From Elusimicrobiota bacterium (GTDB lineage: Bacteria > Elusimicrobiota > Elusimicrobia > UBA1565): 64,000 bases of DNA. This document shows positions 28,324 to 37,436 of the stretch, piece by piece. Location of the stretch: NCBI GenBank assembly GCA_043827405.1, contig JBDRPD010000062.1, positions 32,001 through 96,000 on the forward strand, read 5' to 3'. Under the pieces are notes generated by a model that was given only the letters and a program-made list of their open reading frames with translations, had not been told where the DNA came from and did no database searches. A program made the translations under genes and the position numbers. The stretch's first letter is position 1. Each line of letters opens with the position of its first letter.

Positions 28324-28739
28324 GGCTTCTTCCCTTTGCGCGCGGACTTGCGAATTTTGTCCAGGATCCCGTTGATGAAGCCGCCCGATTCGCGGGCGGC
28401 GAAGACCTTGGCGATTTCCAGGGCCTCGTCGATCACCACGCTGGCCGGAGTGTCCGGGCAGTGCATAAGCTCGTAGGACGCCAGCCGCAGCAGGTTGCGG
28501 TCGACCGCGGCCATGCGCTCAAGCGCCCAGTTCTTGGCGGTTTTAGCGATGCGCTTGTCGAGCTCATCGCGAAGCTCGTGGGCGCCGACGGCGAGGGCTT
28601 TCGCGAACACCAGGGTTTCCTTATCGAGCGCATGCCCGGCGCTGACGATGATCATCGCCTGCTGGACGCTCATGCCTCCCGACTCGGCGAGATAAAGCGC
28701 CTGCAGGGCGAACTCTCGTGCTTGCCGTCTCCGTCCCAT
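28320..28739 (-). CDS. nusB: transcription antitermination factor NusB
   Basis: RRRQAREFALQALY, DRNLLRLA, VVIDEALEIAK, FINGILD. Confidence 0.96.
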   Translation of the reverse strand: MGRRRQAREFALQALYLAESGGMSVQQAMIIVSAGHALDKETLVFAKALAVGAHELRDELDKRIAKTAKNWALERMAAVDRNLLRLASYELMHCPDTPASVVIDEALEIAKVFAARESGGFINGILDKIRKSARKGKKP

Positions 28740-28742
28740 GGG

Positions 28743-29189
28743 CTACCCTTTTTTTACGGCGCCGTGAATTTTAAGCCGCGCCATCTCGAGCGCCGCCAGC
28801 GCGGCCTCCGCGCCGCGGTCGAACTTGCCGCGCGTGCGGGCCACGGCCTGGGCATAGGTTTTGGGAGTTATGACGCCGACCACGCAGGGCACACGGGTCT
28901 GCAGCGAGATGCGCTGGATGTGGATGTAGGTGGCGTTCGAGATATAGTCGTTTTGCGGGGTCTGTCCTTTGAGCACCGCGCCGAGGCAGATGACCGCGTC
29001 GAAGCGGCCGGAGCGGGCCAGTTCCTGCGCCGCCCAGGGAATCTCGAAGCCGCCGGGCACCCAGACCGTGTGGATGCGGTTGCCGGCGACGCCTTTCTTT
29101 TTCAGCGCGCGCACGCAGTTGGCGTGCAGCTTGCCGGTGATCTCCTCATTGAAGCGGGATACGACGATGCCGAATCGTGGCTGTTTCAT
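28743..29189 (-). CDS. ribH: 6,7-dimethyl-8-ribityllumazine synthase
   Basis: IVVSRFN, VPGGFEIP, DAVICLGAVLKGQT; position in rib operon. Confidence 0.95.
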   Translation of the reverse strand: MKQPRFGIVVSRFNEEITGKLHANCVRALKKKGVAGNRIHTVWVPGGFEIPWAAQELARSGRFDAVICLGAVLKGQTPQNDYISNATYIHIQRISLQTRVPCVVGVITPKTYAQAVARTRGKFDRGAEAALAALEMARLKIHGAVKKG

Positions 29190-30469
29190 TTTTTCTTTCG
29201 CTTGGCGGAGGGGGTTTCCGTCAGGCTGAAATGGGTATGCAGAACCGGCCCCAGCTCCAGCAGATGTCCCATCTTCGCCTGTTTGGTTTTGATATAGCGT
29301 TCGTTGTGGCGGTTGGCCGGTATCTGGATCGGAACGCGTCCGACGACCTTCAGGCCGAAGCCTCCGATGCCCACGATTTTGCGCGGGTTATTGGTCATGA
29401 TGCGGATCGTCGACAGCCCGAGGTTCGCGAGAATTTGCGCGCCGATGCCGTACTCCCGCAGGTCGGGCTTGAAGCCCAAGGCCTGGTTGGCCTCTACGGT
29501 ATCAAGCCCCTTGTCCTGCAGCACATAGGCCTGGAGCTTCTTGACCAGGCCGATGCCGCGGCCTTCCTGGGACAGGTAGACCAGCACGCCTTTCTTCTCC
29601 CGGGCGATGGAGCGCAGCGCCGACGCCAGCTGGTTGCCGCAGTCGCAGCGCAGGGAGAACAGGGTGTCGCCGGTAAGGCAGGACGAGTGGACGCGCACGA
29701 GCACGTCTTTGGCCCCGTCAACCTCGCCCATGACCATGGCCAGATGCTGCTTGCCGGACAGAGTCTCCTCGAAGACATGCAGCGTGAAATCCCCGAACGG
29801 AGTGGGGAGGCGGGTCGAAACCTGCCGTTCAATGAGCTGCTCGTGGGTATGGCGGTACTCGATGAGCGCCTTGATGGTGATGATCTTCAGCCCATGCTTG
29901 TTGGCGAACTTCAGGAGCTCGGGGACCCGCGCCATCTTCCCGTCCGGGTTCATAATCTCGCAGATAACTCCGGACGGGTGCAGCCCCGCCAAGCGCGAGA
30001 GGTCCACCGCCGCCTCGGTATGCCCCGTGCGGACGAGCACGCCGCCGTTCTTCGCGCGCAGCGGGAAAATGTGGCCGGGGCGAATGAAATCGTTGGGCCC
30101 CGAGGCGGGATCTATCAGCCGCTGGATCGTCGCCGCCCGGTCGGCCGCCGAGATGCCGGTGGTGGTGTCTTTTACGGCGTCGACCGAGACCGAGAAGGCC
30201 GTGTCGCGGCCCGGAACCGGCCCGCAGTTGGCGTCGCTGACCATAGGATCAATCTTGAGCCGGTCAAGGTGGGCGGCTTTCATCGGCACGCAGATCAGGC
30301 CGCAGCCGTGGCGCGCCATGAAGTTGACCGCTTTGGCGGTAGTCTTCTCCGCGGCCATGACCAGGTCGCCTTCATTCTCGCGGTGCGGGTCGTCGATCAC
30401 GACGACCATCTTCCCCTTCTTGATATCCGCGAGAGCGTCGGGGATGCTGTCAAATTCGGCGGCGCTCAT
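29186..30469 (-). CDS. ribBA: bifunctional DHBP synthase / GTP cyclohydrolase II
   Basis: RENEGDL, RPGHIFPL, GHTEA, RVHSSCLTGD, RCDCG, QEGRGIGL, TNNP. Confidence 0.97.
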   Translation of the reverse strand: MSAAEFDSIPDALADIKKGKMVVVIDDPHRENEGDLVMAAEKTTAKAVNFMARHGCGLICVPMKAAHLDRLKIDPMVSDANCGPVPGRDTAFSVSVDAVKDTTTGISAADRAATIQRLIDPASGPNDFIRPGHIFPLRAKNGGVLVRTGHTEAAVDLSRLAGLHPSGVICEIMNPDGKMARVPELLKFANKHGLKIITIKALIEYRHTHEQLIERQVSTRLPTPFGDFTLHVFEETLSGKQHLAMVMGEVDGAKDVLVRVHSSCLTGDTLFSLRCDCGNQLASALRSIAREKKGVLVYLSQEGRGIGLVKKLQAYVLQDKGLDTVEANQALGFKPDLREYGIGAQILANLGLSTIRIMTNNPRKIVGIGGFGLKVVGRVPIQIPANRHNERYIKTKQAKMGHLLELGPVLHTHFSLTETPSAKRKKK

Positions 30470-31053
30470 TTGCCCTTCCGCTGGTCCAGGATGTTTACGA
30501 TGTAGCGTGCGAACAGGTCGACTTCTAGATTCACTACGCCGCCGGGCCGGTAGATGCCCAGCGTCGTCCGGTCGAGCGTCTCGGGGATGAGCACGGATTC
30601 GAAGTGATCCTTGCCGACCTTGGTCACGGTCAGGCTCGTGCCGTCAACCGCGATCGAGCCCTTAAGGGCTACGAACTTGCGCAGCGCCTTGGGCAGGCTG
30701 AAGCGCATGCGCACGAAGCCGCCGGGAACCTTCTCTTTTTCGAGCACCTTGGCGCGTGAGTCCACGTGCCCGCTGACCCAGTGGCCGCCGATGAAGTCCG
30801 CGGCCTTGAGCGAGGGCTCGAGGTTCACGCGCGCGCCCGCCTTGAGGCCGCCCAAATTCGTCAGCCGCAGCGTTTCCGGGCTGACGTCAAAGTCCACCGT
30901 GCCGTCCTGTTGCCGGATCGCGGTCAGGCAGGTGCCGTTGATGGCGACGCTGGCGCCCTTGGGCAGGCGTCCGAAGGTTACGCCGCGCACGCGCAGATAG
31001 GCGCCTTTGTTGGATACGACGGTTCCGAGTTTGCGAACGATGCCCGTGAACAT
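30466..31053 (-). CDS. ribE: riboflavin synthase
   Basis: MFTGIV start, NGTCLT, VNLE, GGHWVSGHVD. Confidence 0.96.
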   Translation of the reverse strand: MFTGIVRKLGTVVSNKGAYLRVRGVTFGRLPKGASVAINGTCLTAIRQQDGTVDFDVSPETLRLTNLGGLKAGARVNLEPSLKAADFIGGHWVSGHVDSRAKVLEKEKVPGGFVRMRFSLPKALRKFVALKGSIAVDGTSLTVTKVGKDHFESVLIPETLDRTTLGIYRPGGVVNLEVDLFARYIVNILDQRKGK

Positions 31054-31058
31054 AGCTG

Positions 31059-32153
31059 TTACCTCGCAGTAGTTATGCGGCCCGTCACGAGCAGGTCGCG
31101 GCCTGCCCGGCGGAATTCCATCGCGGTCAGTATCGGAGTGCGGCTTAAGCGGTGAAAGCCGCCGCCTTCGAAAAAGGAGCGCGCCTCCCGGCCCCCGATG
31201 AGGCGGGGGGACAGGAATAAATGTACCTCGTCGACCAGCCCGGCTTCGAGAAAAGATGTGTGTACGGCGCTGCCGCCCTCGACTAGAAGCGAGGATATCC
31301 CCCGGCGCGCGAGCGCTTTGAGCAGCGCGCGCAGATCGACGCCGCCGTTTTTGGCGCGCGGCAGGCGCAGGCAGTCGGCATGCGGCAAGCCGGCTTTGGC
31401 GGCGGTGGCGACCAGCGCCCGTCCGGGACCGCGGAACACCTTGGCCCGCTTGGGCGAACGCAGCCGCGTATCAAGTATCACCCGCAGAGGGTGCCTGCCG
31501 GTCCCGGCGGTGAGGCGGGGGTTGTCGGCCAGGACGGTGCCGACGCCGGTCAATATCGCGTCGACTTCGCCGCGCATGCGGCGGCTGATGGTCCGCGCCT
31601 CGGGGGAGGTGATCCACTTGGACTCCCGCGTCGCCGTCTCGATGCGGCCGTCCAGGCTGGCGCCGGCCTTAAGGATGACGTAGGGCCGCTTCTTCTTGAC
31701 CCAATGCACGAAGACGCGATTGAGCTCGAGCGCTTCTTTGTTGAGCGCTCCGCGAACGACGGTGATGCCGGCGCGCCGCAGCCGGGCGAAGCCCTTGCCG
31801 GAGACCAGGGGATTGGGGTCCGTCATCGCGGCGACCACGCGGCGCACTCCGGCCTTGATCAGCGCCTCCGTGCACGGCGGGGTCTTGCCGAAATAGCAGC
31901 AGGGCTCGAGCGTCACATAGGCGGTGGCGCCGCGCGCGCGTTTGCCCGCGCGCTTGAGCGCCTGGGGTTCGGCATGCGGTCCGCCGAAGCGCCGGTGCCA
32001 GCCGGTGCCGACGATCTCGCCGCCGCGTACGAGCACGCAGCCGACCATAGGATTGGGATGCGTGCCGCCAAGCCCCTTGACCGCCAGGGCGAGCGCCCGG
32101 CGCATGTAATACTCATCGGTTTTGTCTGTTTTATTCACGGGGCGGCGGCTCAA
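31059..32153 (-). CDS. ribD: riboflavin biosynthesis deaminase/reductase
   Basis: PNPMVG, HAE, TLEPCC..TPPC, SLDGRI, VEGG. Confidence 0.96.
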   Translation of the reverse strand: MSRRPVNKTDKTDEYYMRRALALAVKGLGGTHPNPMVGCVLVRGGEIVGTGWHRRFGGPHAEPQALKRAGKRARGATAYVTLEPCCYFGKTPPCTEALIKAGVRRVVAAMTDPNPLVSGKGFARLRRAGITVVRGALNKEALELNRVFVHWVKKKRPYVILKAGASLDGRIETATRESKWITSPEARTISRRMRGEVDAILTGVGTVLADNPRLTAGTGRHPLRVILDTRLRSPKRAKVFRGPGRALVATAAKAGLPHADCLRLPRAKNGGVDLRALLKALARRGISSLLVEGGSAVHTSFLEAGLVDEVHLFLSPRLIGGREARSFFEGGGFHRLSRTPILTAMEFRRAGRDLLVTGRITTAR

Positions 32154-32280
32154 AGATCTTAGACTGCAACGTTTCCCGAAAAGGGTTTAAAATTATAGCA
32201 AATTTATCTTCGTCGACAAGGGGAGGGAACTTCCCGGCTGCTCGCTTGTAGACATGGGGAGCGTGCAGCAGTTGACAGGC

Positions 32281-32298
32281 TGTAAACTATAGTTTACA
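32281..32298. promoter_or_regulatory. perfect 18-bp palindromic operator upstream of the addiction module
   Basis: tgtaaactatagtttaca is self-complementary; TTGACA at 32272; ends 2 nt before the toxin ATG. Confidence 0.75.
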
Positions 32299-32300
32299 CT

Positions 32301-32603
32301 ATGCATATTCGATTAAGCTCGACGCCTGAGTTCGACGAGTGGCTGCGTGAGTCGGACGCCAAAAGCCGCGCGCAAGTGGATGATAGATTGGATCGGGTCC
32401 GTGAGTATGGGCATTTCGGACCTAGGCGGTATTTCGGCGGCGAACTCTATGAGCTGAAATGGAAGAGCGGCAGGCGGGTGTATTACTCGCTGGTCGATGA
32501 CGGGAGCGGCATCATCGTCCTGCTGCTTCTGGGCGGTGACAAGCATGGCCAAAAGAAAGACGTCGCAAAAGCGCGGAAAATCATGGAACGTGAAGCTGCG
32601 TAA
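32301..32603 (+). CDS. type II TA toxin, RelE/ParE/HigB superfamily (addiction module killer protein)
   Basis: TPEFDEWL, RLDRV..GHFG, LYELKWKSGRRVYY, LLLLGGDKHGQKKDV. Confidence 0.88.
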   Translation: MHIRLSSTPEFDEWLRESDAKSRAQVDDRLDRVREYGHFGPRRYFGGELYELKWKSGRRVYYSLVDDGSGIIVLLLLGGDKHGQKKDVAKARKIMEREAA

Positions 32604-32907
32604 GCTAAAGCTTGACGCGATGGCGAGACCGTACGATCCGACCGTTAGCTTGCGGGATCCCAAATTAGTCCAGCAAGCCATCCTGCAAGCTCTGCGTGAA
32701 GGCGACTTCGATGCTGTGATCAGCATTTACCGGGCGCATCTCAGAGTCCTTAACCGTTCCCGGACCGCCCGCGCCATGAATGTGTCTCGGCAGTACATCC
32801 ATAGGATGCTCAGAGCTCCAAACACCCCTTCACTGCGGACATTCACCGCATTCATGCGGGCGCTGCATAGAGGGGGCGAATCGGTCCAGAAGTTTTCCGG
32901 TGGTTAG
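32590..32907 (+). CDS. addiction module antidote protein (HTH antitoxin)
   Basis: GTG start overlaps toxin end; HTH segment SRTARAMNVSRQYIHRML..NTPSLRT. Confidence 0.82.
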   Translation: MKLRKLKLDAMARPYDPTVSLRDPKLVQQAILQALREGDFDAVISIYRAHLRVLNRSRTARAMNVSRQYIHRMLRAPNTPSLRTFTAFMRALHRGGESVQKFSGG

Positions 32908-33695
32908 AGTTTTCTGAGGACGTCTTTGATGACCCGTTCCAGGGTCTTGGGGTCGACGTCCTTGCCCCGGCTTTTAGGACAGGCGGCGCCGTATTCCAGC
33001 CCGGGAGTCGGGCAGTCGCTGCGCCGCGCCGGCGTCTCATCGAGCCCGAAGTAGTGGGCGCGGGCTTCCAGCAGTTTCTGCACGTCGCTTTCCTTCAGCT
33101 TCTGCTCGCGGCCGAGCTGCCGCGCGGTCAGCGTAATCTTGGCGCAGTGCTCGACGAGCTCCATCTTGGCGTAGGCGTCGTAGAGGCACTTGCCCATGGT
33201 CACCACGCCGTGGTTGGCCAGCAGGATCGCGTCGTTGTCCCGGGCCAAATCCTTGAGGGAATCCACCAGCTCGCTGGTGCCGGGCGTTCCGAAAGGCGCC
33301 AGCGGCGCGCAGCCCAGGGCTTCGACGAACTCCGCGACCAGCGGCTGGTTGAGCGGAATGCCGGCGCAGGCGAAGCCGGTGGCGGTGGCCGGATGCGCGT
33401 GGACTACCGCTTCCATCTCCGGACGGCTGCCGAGCAGCGCCAGGTGCATCTTGACTTCCGAGGTCGGCTTGCGGCCGCCCTGGAGGCGGCGGCCCTGCCG
33501 GTCGATGACGAGCAGGTCGCGCGGCTCGATCTGCCACTTGCCCATGCCCGTCGGCGTGATGAGGAAGCGCTTGGCGTCGAGGCGGACGCTGATATTGCCG
33601 GAAGTCCCGGGAGCGTAGTCTTTCTCCGAGAGCCGGCGGCAGTAGCGGACGATCTCCTCTCTCAGCTCCCGTTCGACGGGCCGCGGCGCGCTCAT
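32904..33695 (-). CDS. class II aldolase/adducin family protein (fuculose-1-phosphate aldolase-like) with C-terminal extension
   Basis: SGNIS, ITPTG, PTSEVKMH, HAHP, LANHG Zn-binding motifs. Confidence 0.9.
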   Translation of the reverse strand: MSAPRPVERELREEIVRYCRRLSEKDYAPGTSGNISVRLDAKRFLITPTGMGKWQIEPRDLLVIDRQGRRLQGGRKPTSEVKMHLALLGSRPEMEAVVHAHPATATGFACAGIPLNQPLVAEFVEALGCAPLAPFGTPGTSELVDSLKDLARDNDAILLANHGVVTMGKCLYDAYAKMELVEHCAKITLTARQLGREQKLKESDVQKLLEARAHYFGLDETPARRSDCPTPGLEYGAACPKSRGKDVDPKTLERVIKDVLRKL

Positions 33696-34579
33696 ACGCT
33701 GTATCCTAGCTCTTTGAGCGCGCGCTTGTCCCGGCGCCAGTTCTTGCGGACTTTGACCCAGAGCCCCAGCTGGGTTTTGCGGCCGGTGAAATTCTCGATG
33801 GCGGTGCGGCTCTTGGCGGTCAGGTCGCGCAGGGCCGCGCCCTTGCGGCCGAGCAGAACGCCTTTTTGCGTCGGCCGCTCGACGTAGATCGTGGCCTCGA
33901 TCTCATCCGCCCGTCCCGGCCGTTCGCGGAATACTTCGATGGCGACGGCGCAGGCGTGGGGAATCTCCTGGCGGTACTGTTTGAAAATCTCCTCGCGGAT
34001 GAGCTCGGAAGCGAAAAAGCGCTCGTAGCGGTCCGACAGCCGGTCGCCGTCGTAAAAGGCGGGCGATTCCGGCAGCAGCCGCACGAGCGCCGCCTGCAGC
34101 TCCTCGATGCCGGTCTTCTTGAGGGCGCTGATAAACACCGTATCGCAGGGGGGGAGGACATCGCGGTAGATCTGCGCGGTCTTCTCCAGCCGGACCCGGT
34201 CGGGAACCAGATCGATCTTGTTGACCGCCAGTATCAGGGGCTTGCCGGCGGAGGCCAACCGCTGCAGCTGGGCCAGCGTCTCGGGCGTGGGCGGCTTGGG
34301 CTCGACCAGGAGCACCAGGATATCGGCGTCCTGCTTGGCGGCGGAGCGCGCCGACTTGATCAGCATGTCCTGGAGCTTGTCGTCGGCGTGTCCCAGCCAG
34401 CCGGGGGTGTCCTGGAAGCAGATCTGATAGCCCTTGCCGTTGAGGATGCCGATAATCTTGTGCCGGGTGGTCTGCGGGCTGGGCGAGACGATGGAGAGCC
34501 GGAACTTGAGCAGGGCGTTGAGCAAGGTCGACTTGCCGGCGTTGGGGACGCCGATCAGGGCGACGAAGCCGGCTTTCAT
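33692..34579 (-). CDS. era: GTPase Era
   Basis: GVPNAGKST, QTTR, DTPG, NKID, KH domain and LWVKVRKNW. Confidence 0.96.
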   Translation of the reverse strand: MKAGFVALIGVPNAGKSTLLNALLKFRLSIVSPSPQTTRHKIIGILNGKGYQICFQDTPGWLGHADDKLQDMLIKSARSAAKQDADILVLLVEPKPPTPETLAQLQRLASAGKPLILAVNKIDLVPDRVRLEKTAQIYRDVLPPCDTVFISALKKTGIEELQAALVRLLPESPAFYDGDRLSDRYERFFASELIREEIFKQYRQEIPHACAVAIEVFRERPGRADEIEATIYVERPTQKGVLLGRKGAALRDLTAKSRTAIENFTGRKTQLGLWVKVRKNWRRDKRALKELGYSV

Positions 34580-34836
34580 AGGATATGGCCCAGCATGCAT
34601 AGAGCATAGCCAACACGGGCGGGGATGCGCTAGGGGGGGGGATTAGAATCGCTTATTAAGAAAGTGCTTGTGAAAAACGGCGCTACCGCGCCAGGGGGCG
34701 GCTTAAGTTCGGCGGGAAGGGACGGCGGCGAGGACCACGGCGTCGGCGTCGCGCGCGGCGTACTCTACCGGTGCCCGCATTCTGCATGGATCGCACCGAG
34801 GTGACGAACGCTGCTTCGCGAAGGGGAGAGCGGTTC

Positions 34837-34962
34837 TATCGGGTATAGAAATCAGTATTGCCTTGACAAAGAGGCGATTTAGGGTATAATAATAATGAAA
34901 CTATACCCGATATAGCCTATTACTGTTAAACATCATATAAATTGCATCCGAACGGGTATAGT
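34837..34962 (+). promoter_or_regulatory. sigma70 promoter of hipBST flanked by CGGGTATA operator half-sites
   Basis: TTGACA 34863, TATAAT 34885; 12-bp IR tatcgggtatag (34837-34848) / ctatacccgata (34901-34912); tgcatccgaacgggtata at 34943-34960. Confidence 0.75.
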
Positions 34963-34971
34963 TCGATCAAT

Positions 34972-35181
34972 ATGAAAAAGAACCCTATGGCTGATTTTGT
35001 GCGAGAAAAGAGGCGCAGCGCCGGTCTCACGCAGACCGAGCTTGCAGCCAAGGCCGGTGTCGGGCTTCGCTTCATTCGAGACTTCGAACAGGGCAAGCCG
35101 TCCCTGCGCACGGACACAGTGAACAAGGTGCTGTTCCTCTTCGGAAAATGCCTCGGACCGATCGATCTGCCCCGCGAGTAG
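34972..35181 (+). CDS. hipB: HipB-like (y4mF-type) XRE HTH regulator
   Basis: GLTQTELAAKAGVGLRFIRDFEQGKPSLRTD. Confidence 0.9.
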   Translation: MKKNPMADFVREKRRSAGLTQTELAAKAGVGLRFIRDFEQGKPSLRTDTVNKVLFLFGKCLGPIDLPRE

Positions 35182-35186
35182 CGACT

Positions 35187-35534
35187 ATGGAAAAGAACGA
35201 GGAGCGCGCCATCGTCTATTACGGCGACAAGGAAGCCGGCGAGCTGACCAAGAAGCCGAGCGGATTTGAATTCGCCTACAGGCGCGAGTACCTGAGCGAC
35301 CCGGATTCAATGCCGATCAGCTTAGCCATGCCTTTGACCGGAGAAATATACGAGTCGAGCGTCCTCTTTCCGTTTTTCGACGGCTTGCTTCCGGAAGGCT
35401 GGCTTCTCGATCTCACCTGCACGTCGGCCAAAATCGACAAGAACGACAAGTTCCGTCTCTTGCTTCACACCGGCAAAGATCCCGTAGGCGCCATCAGCAT
35501 CCGGCCCGCGGACCAGGAGCATCATGGCGATTAG
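35187..35534 (+). CDS. hipS: HipS-like protein (standalone HipA N-terminal subdomain)
   Basis: FEFAY, PISLAMP, LFPFFDGLLPEGW, DPVGAISI. Confidence 0.88.
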   Translation: MEKNEERAIVYYGDKEAGELTKKPSGFEFAYRREYLSDPDSMPISLAMPLTGEIYESSVLFPFFDGLLPEGWLLDLTCTSAKIDKNDKFRLLLHTGKDPVGAISIRPADQEHHGD

Positions 35535-36444
35535 ATGCCTGTGCTGCCAGCTCCTCCTCAAAGAAGAGGGGCGCTATCACGTGAAGTGCCTCAAGGCGCT
35601 GTGGGGTAAGCCCATTGTCCCGAAAATCTCATTTGCCCTGGCCGATCTGCCGTCGAAGGTCACTACCGCCGAGGATCACATGTCGATCTCCGGGGTTCAG
35701 GTCAAGGCGCTCGTGCGGCTGAGCCGGGACGCGTCCGAAATCGAGACCGCGCCCAACGGCAGCACTCATATCATGAAGCCGGAGCCCAACGAGTATCCAG
35801 GCCTGCCCCAAATGGAGAACGCCTGCATGAGCATGGCGGCGACGCTGGGGATGCCCGTCCCTCCGCATGGCTTGTTCCCCATGTCGGACGGCCGGCTTTG
35901 CTACATCGTCAAGCGGTTCGACAGGACGGAGGATGGCGGCAAGATTCAGAAGGAGACGATGTTTCAGCTGCTCGGCGCGACCGACAAGTATTCGGGGTCG
36001 CTGGAATCCGTCGGAAAGGCGATCCGCGCGCATGCCGAAAACGTCGGTCTCGACACCATCGACTTCTTCGAACGGGTCCTCTTCTGTTTTTTGACCGGGA
36101 ACGGGGACATGCACCTAAAAAATTGGGCGCTCCTCATCCGCGACAAGAAGGCGTCTCTGGCCCCCTGCTACGATTTGGTCGCGTCGAAGGTCTACCTCGC
36201 GAATGAGGAAGATTCGGCGCTGATGATTAACGCCAAGAAGAACAAGCTCAAAAGATCGGACTTCGAAGCGTTTTCCAACTATCTCAAGATTGATCCGAAG
36301 GCGGCGGCGAACGTTTTCGAAAAACTGAAGGGCGCACGGGAACGACTTCGGGAGATGTGCGTTTTTTCCGAACTCAACCCGTCGCTGGGGCAACAATTCG
36401 AGGACGTGATGGCAACACGCTTCAAACGCTTCTATTTGGCTTAG
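35524..36444 (+). CDS. hipT: HipT-like serine/threonine kinase toxin
   Basis: MSISGVQVK Gly-rich loop, IMKP, YIVKRFDR, GNGDMHLKNW, LAPCYDL. Confidence 0.9.
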   Translation: MAIRCLCCQLLLKEEGRYHVKCLKALWGKPIVPKISFALADLPSKVTTAEDHMSISGVQVKALVRLSRDASEIETAPNGSTHIMKPEPNEYPGLPQMENACMSMAATLGMPVPPHGLFPMSDGRLCYIVKRFDRTEDGGKIQKETMFQLLGATDKYSGSLESVGKAIRAHAENVGLDTIDFFERVLFCFLTGNGDMHLKNWALLIRDKKASLAPCYDLVASKVYLANEEDSALMINAKKNKLKRSDFEAFSNYLKIDPKAAANVFEKLKGARERLREMCVFSELNPSLGQQFEDVMATRFKRFYLA

Positions 36445-36667
36445 GAGGACGCGCGAATACGTCTCGGTGCGCCATCGCCCCGAGCGGCCAACCCGTCAAT
36501 ATATCAAGGGGAAACTAAGACGGGACCACCCGCTCCGACAGGACCATCTCCGACCCGCAGCGCGGACAGCCCGACTGCCGGGTCGATAAGTTCCCCTGGA
36601 CCGGTTGCTGCCCCCCCTGAATTAGGCTAGAATGCAGCCCTGTCTGATTTTTCGTCTGGAGGGATTT

Positions 36668-37414
36668 ATGGGCCTGCTGCCAATTATCGTCATCGTCGCC
36701 GTCTTCCTTTTCTCGGCCGTCAAGATACTCAATGAATACGAGCGCGGCGTCATCTTCACGCTCGGCAAGTATGACGGCGTGAAGGGGCCGGGGCTCATTA
36801 TCGTCGTCCCGCTCATTCAGGCGATGACGCGCATCAGCCTGCGGACCATAGTCCTCGACGTGCCCCCGCAGGACGTCATCACCCGCGACAATGTGACGGT
36901 CAAGGTCAACGCCGTCGTCTACTACCGCGTCATGCAGGCCAACAAGGCCGTCATCGAGGTCGAGAACTACTACTACGCGACCAGCCAGCTGGCGCAGACC
37001 ACGCTGCGCGGCGTGCTCGGCAAGATGGACCTCGATCATCTGCTGTCGGAACGCGAGAAGATCAACGTCGAGCTGCAGCGCATCCTCGACCAGGATACCG
37101 AGCCGTGGGGCGTCAAGGTTTCGAAGGTCGAGGTCAAGAACGTCGATCTGCCGGAGAATATGCAGCGCGCCATGGCCAAGCAGGCCGAGGCCGAGCGCGA
37201 GCGCCGGGCCAAGGTCATTCATGCCGAGGGCGAGCTGCAGGCCTCATACAAGCTGGCCGAGGCCGCCGAAGTCATGGCGAAAAACCCGGCCGCGCTGCAG
37301 CTGCGCTACCTGCAGACGCTCGTCGAGATCTCCGTCGATAAGAACTCAACCGTCGTCTTTCCCTTGCCGCTCGACTTCATGCAGGGGCTGATGAAGAAGC
37401 TGAACGCGAGCTAA
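36668..37414 (+). CDS. SPFH/stomatin (slipin) family protein
   Basis: [49 protein letters not shown]. Confidence 0.95.
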   Translation: MGLLPIIVIVAVFLFSAVKILNEYERGVIFTLGKYDGVKGPGLIIVVPLIQAMTRISLRTIVLDVPPQDVITRDNVTVKVNAVVYYRVMQANKAVIEVENYYYATSQLAQTTLRGVLGKMDLDHLLSEREKINVELQRILDQDTEPWGVKVSKVEVKNVDLPENMQRAMAKQAEAERERRAKVIHAEGELQASYKLAEAAEVMAKNPAALQLRYLQTLVEISVDKNSTVVFPLPLDFMQGLMKKLNAS

Positions 37415-37436
37415 AGCCGCGGCCGTCGAGGACGCA

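Noticed and set aside
32154..32300. FMN riboswitch upstream of ribD
   Set aside because: The conserved RFN motifs are not visible on the minus strand; the region holds the divergent TA promoter and operator instead.
34600..34830. ncRNA or small gene between era and hipB
   Set aside because: No tRNA, tmRNA, RNase P or SRP signature recognised and no convincing ORF.
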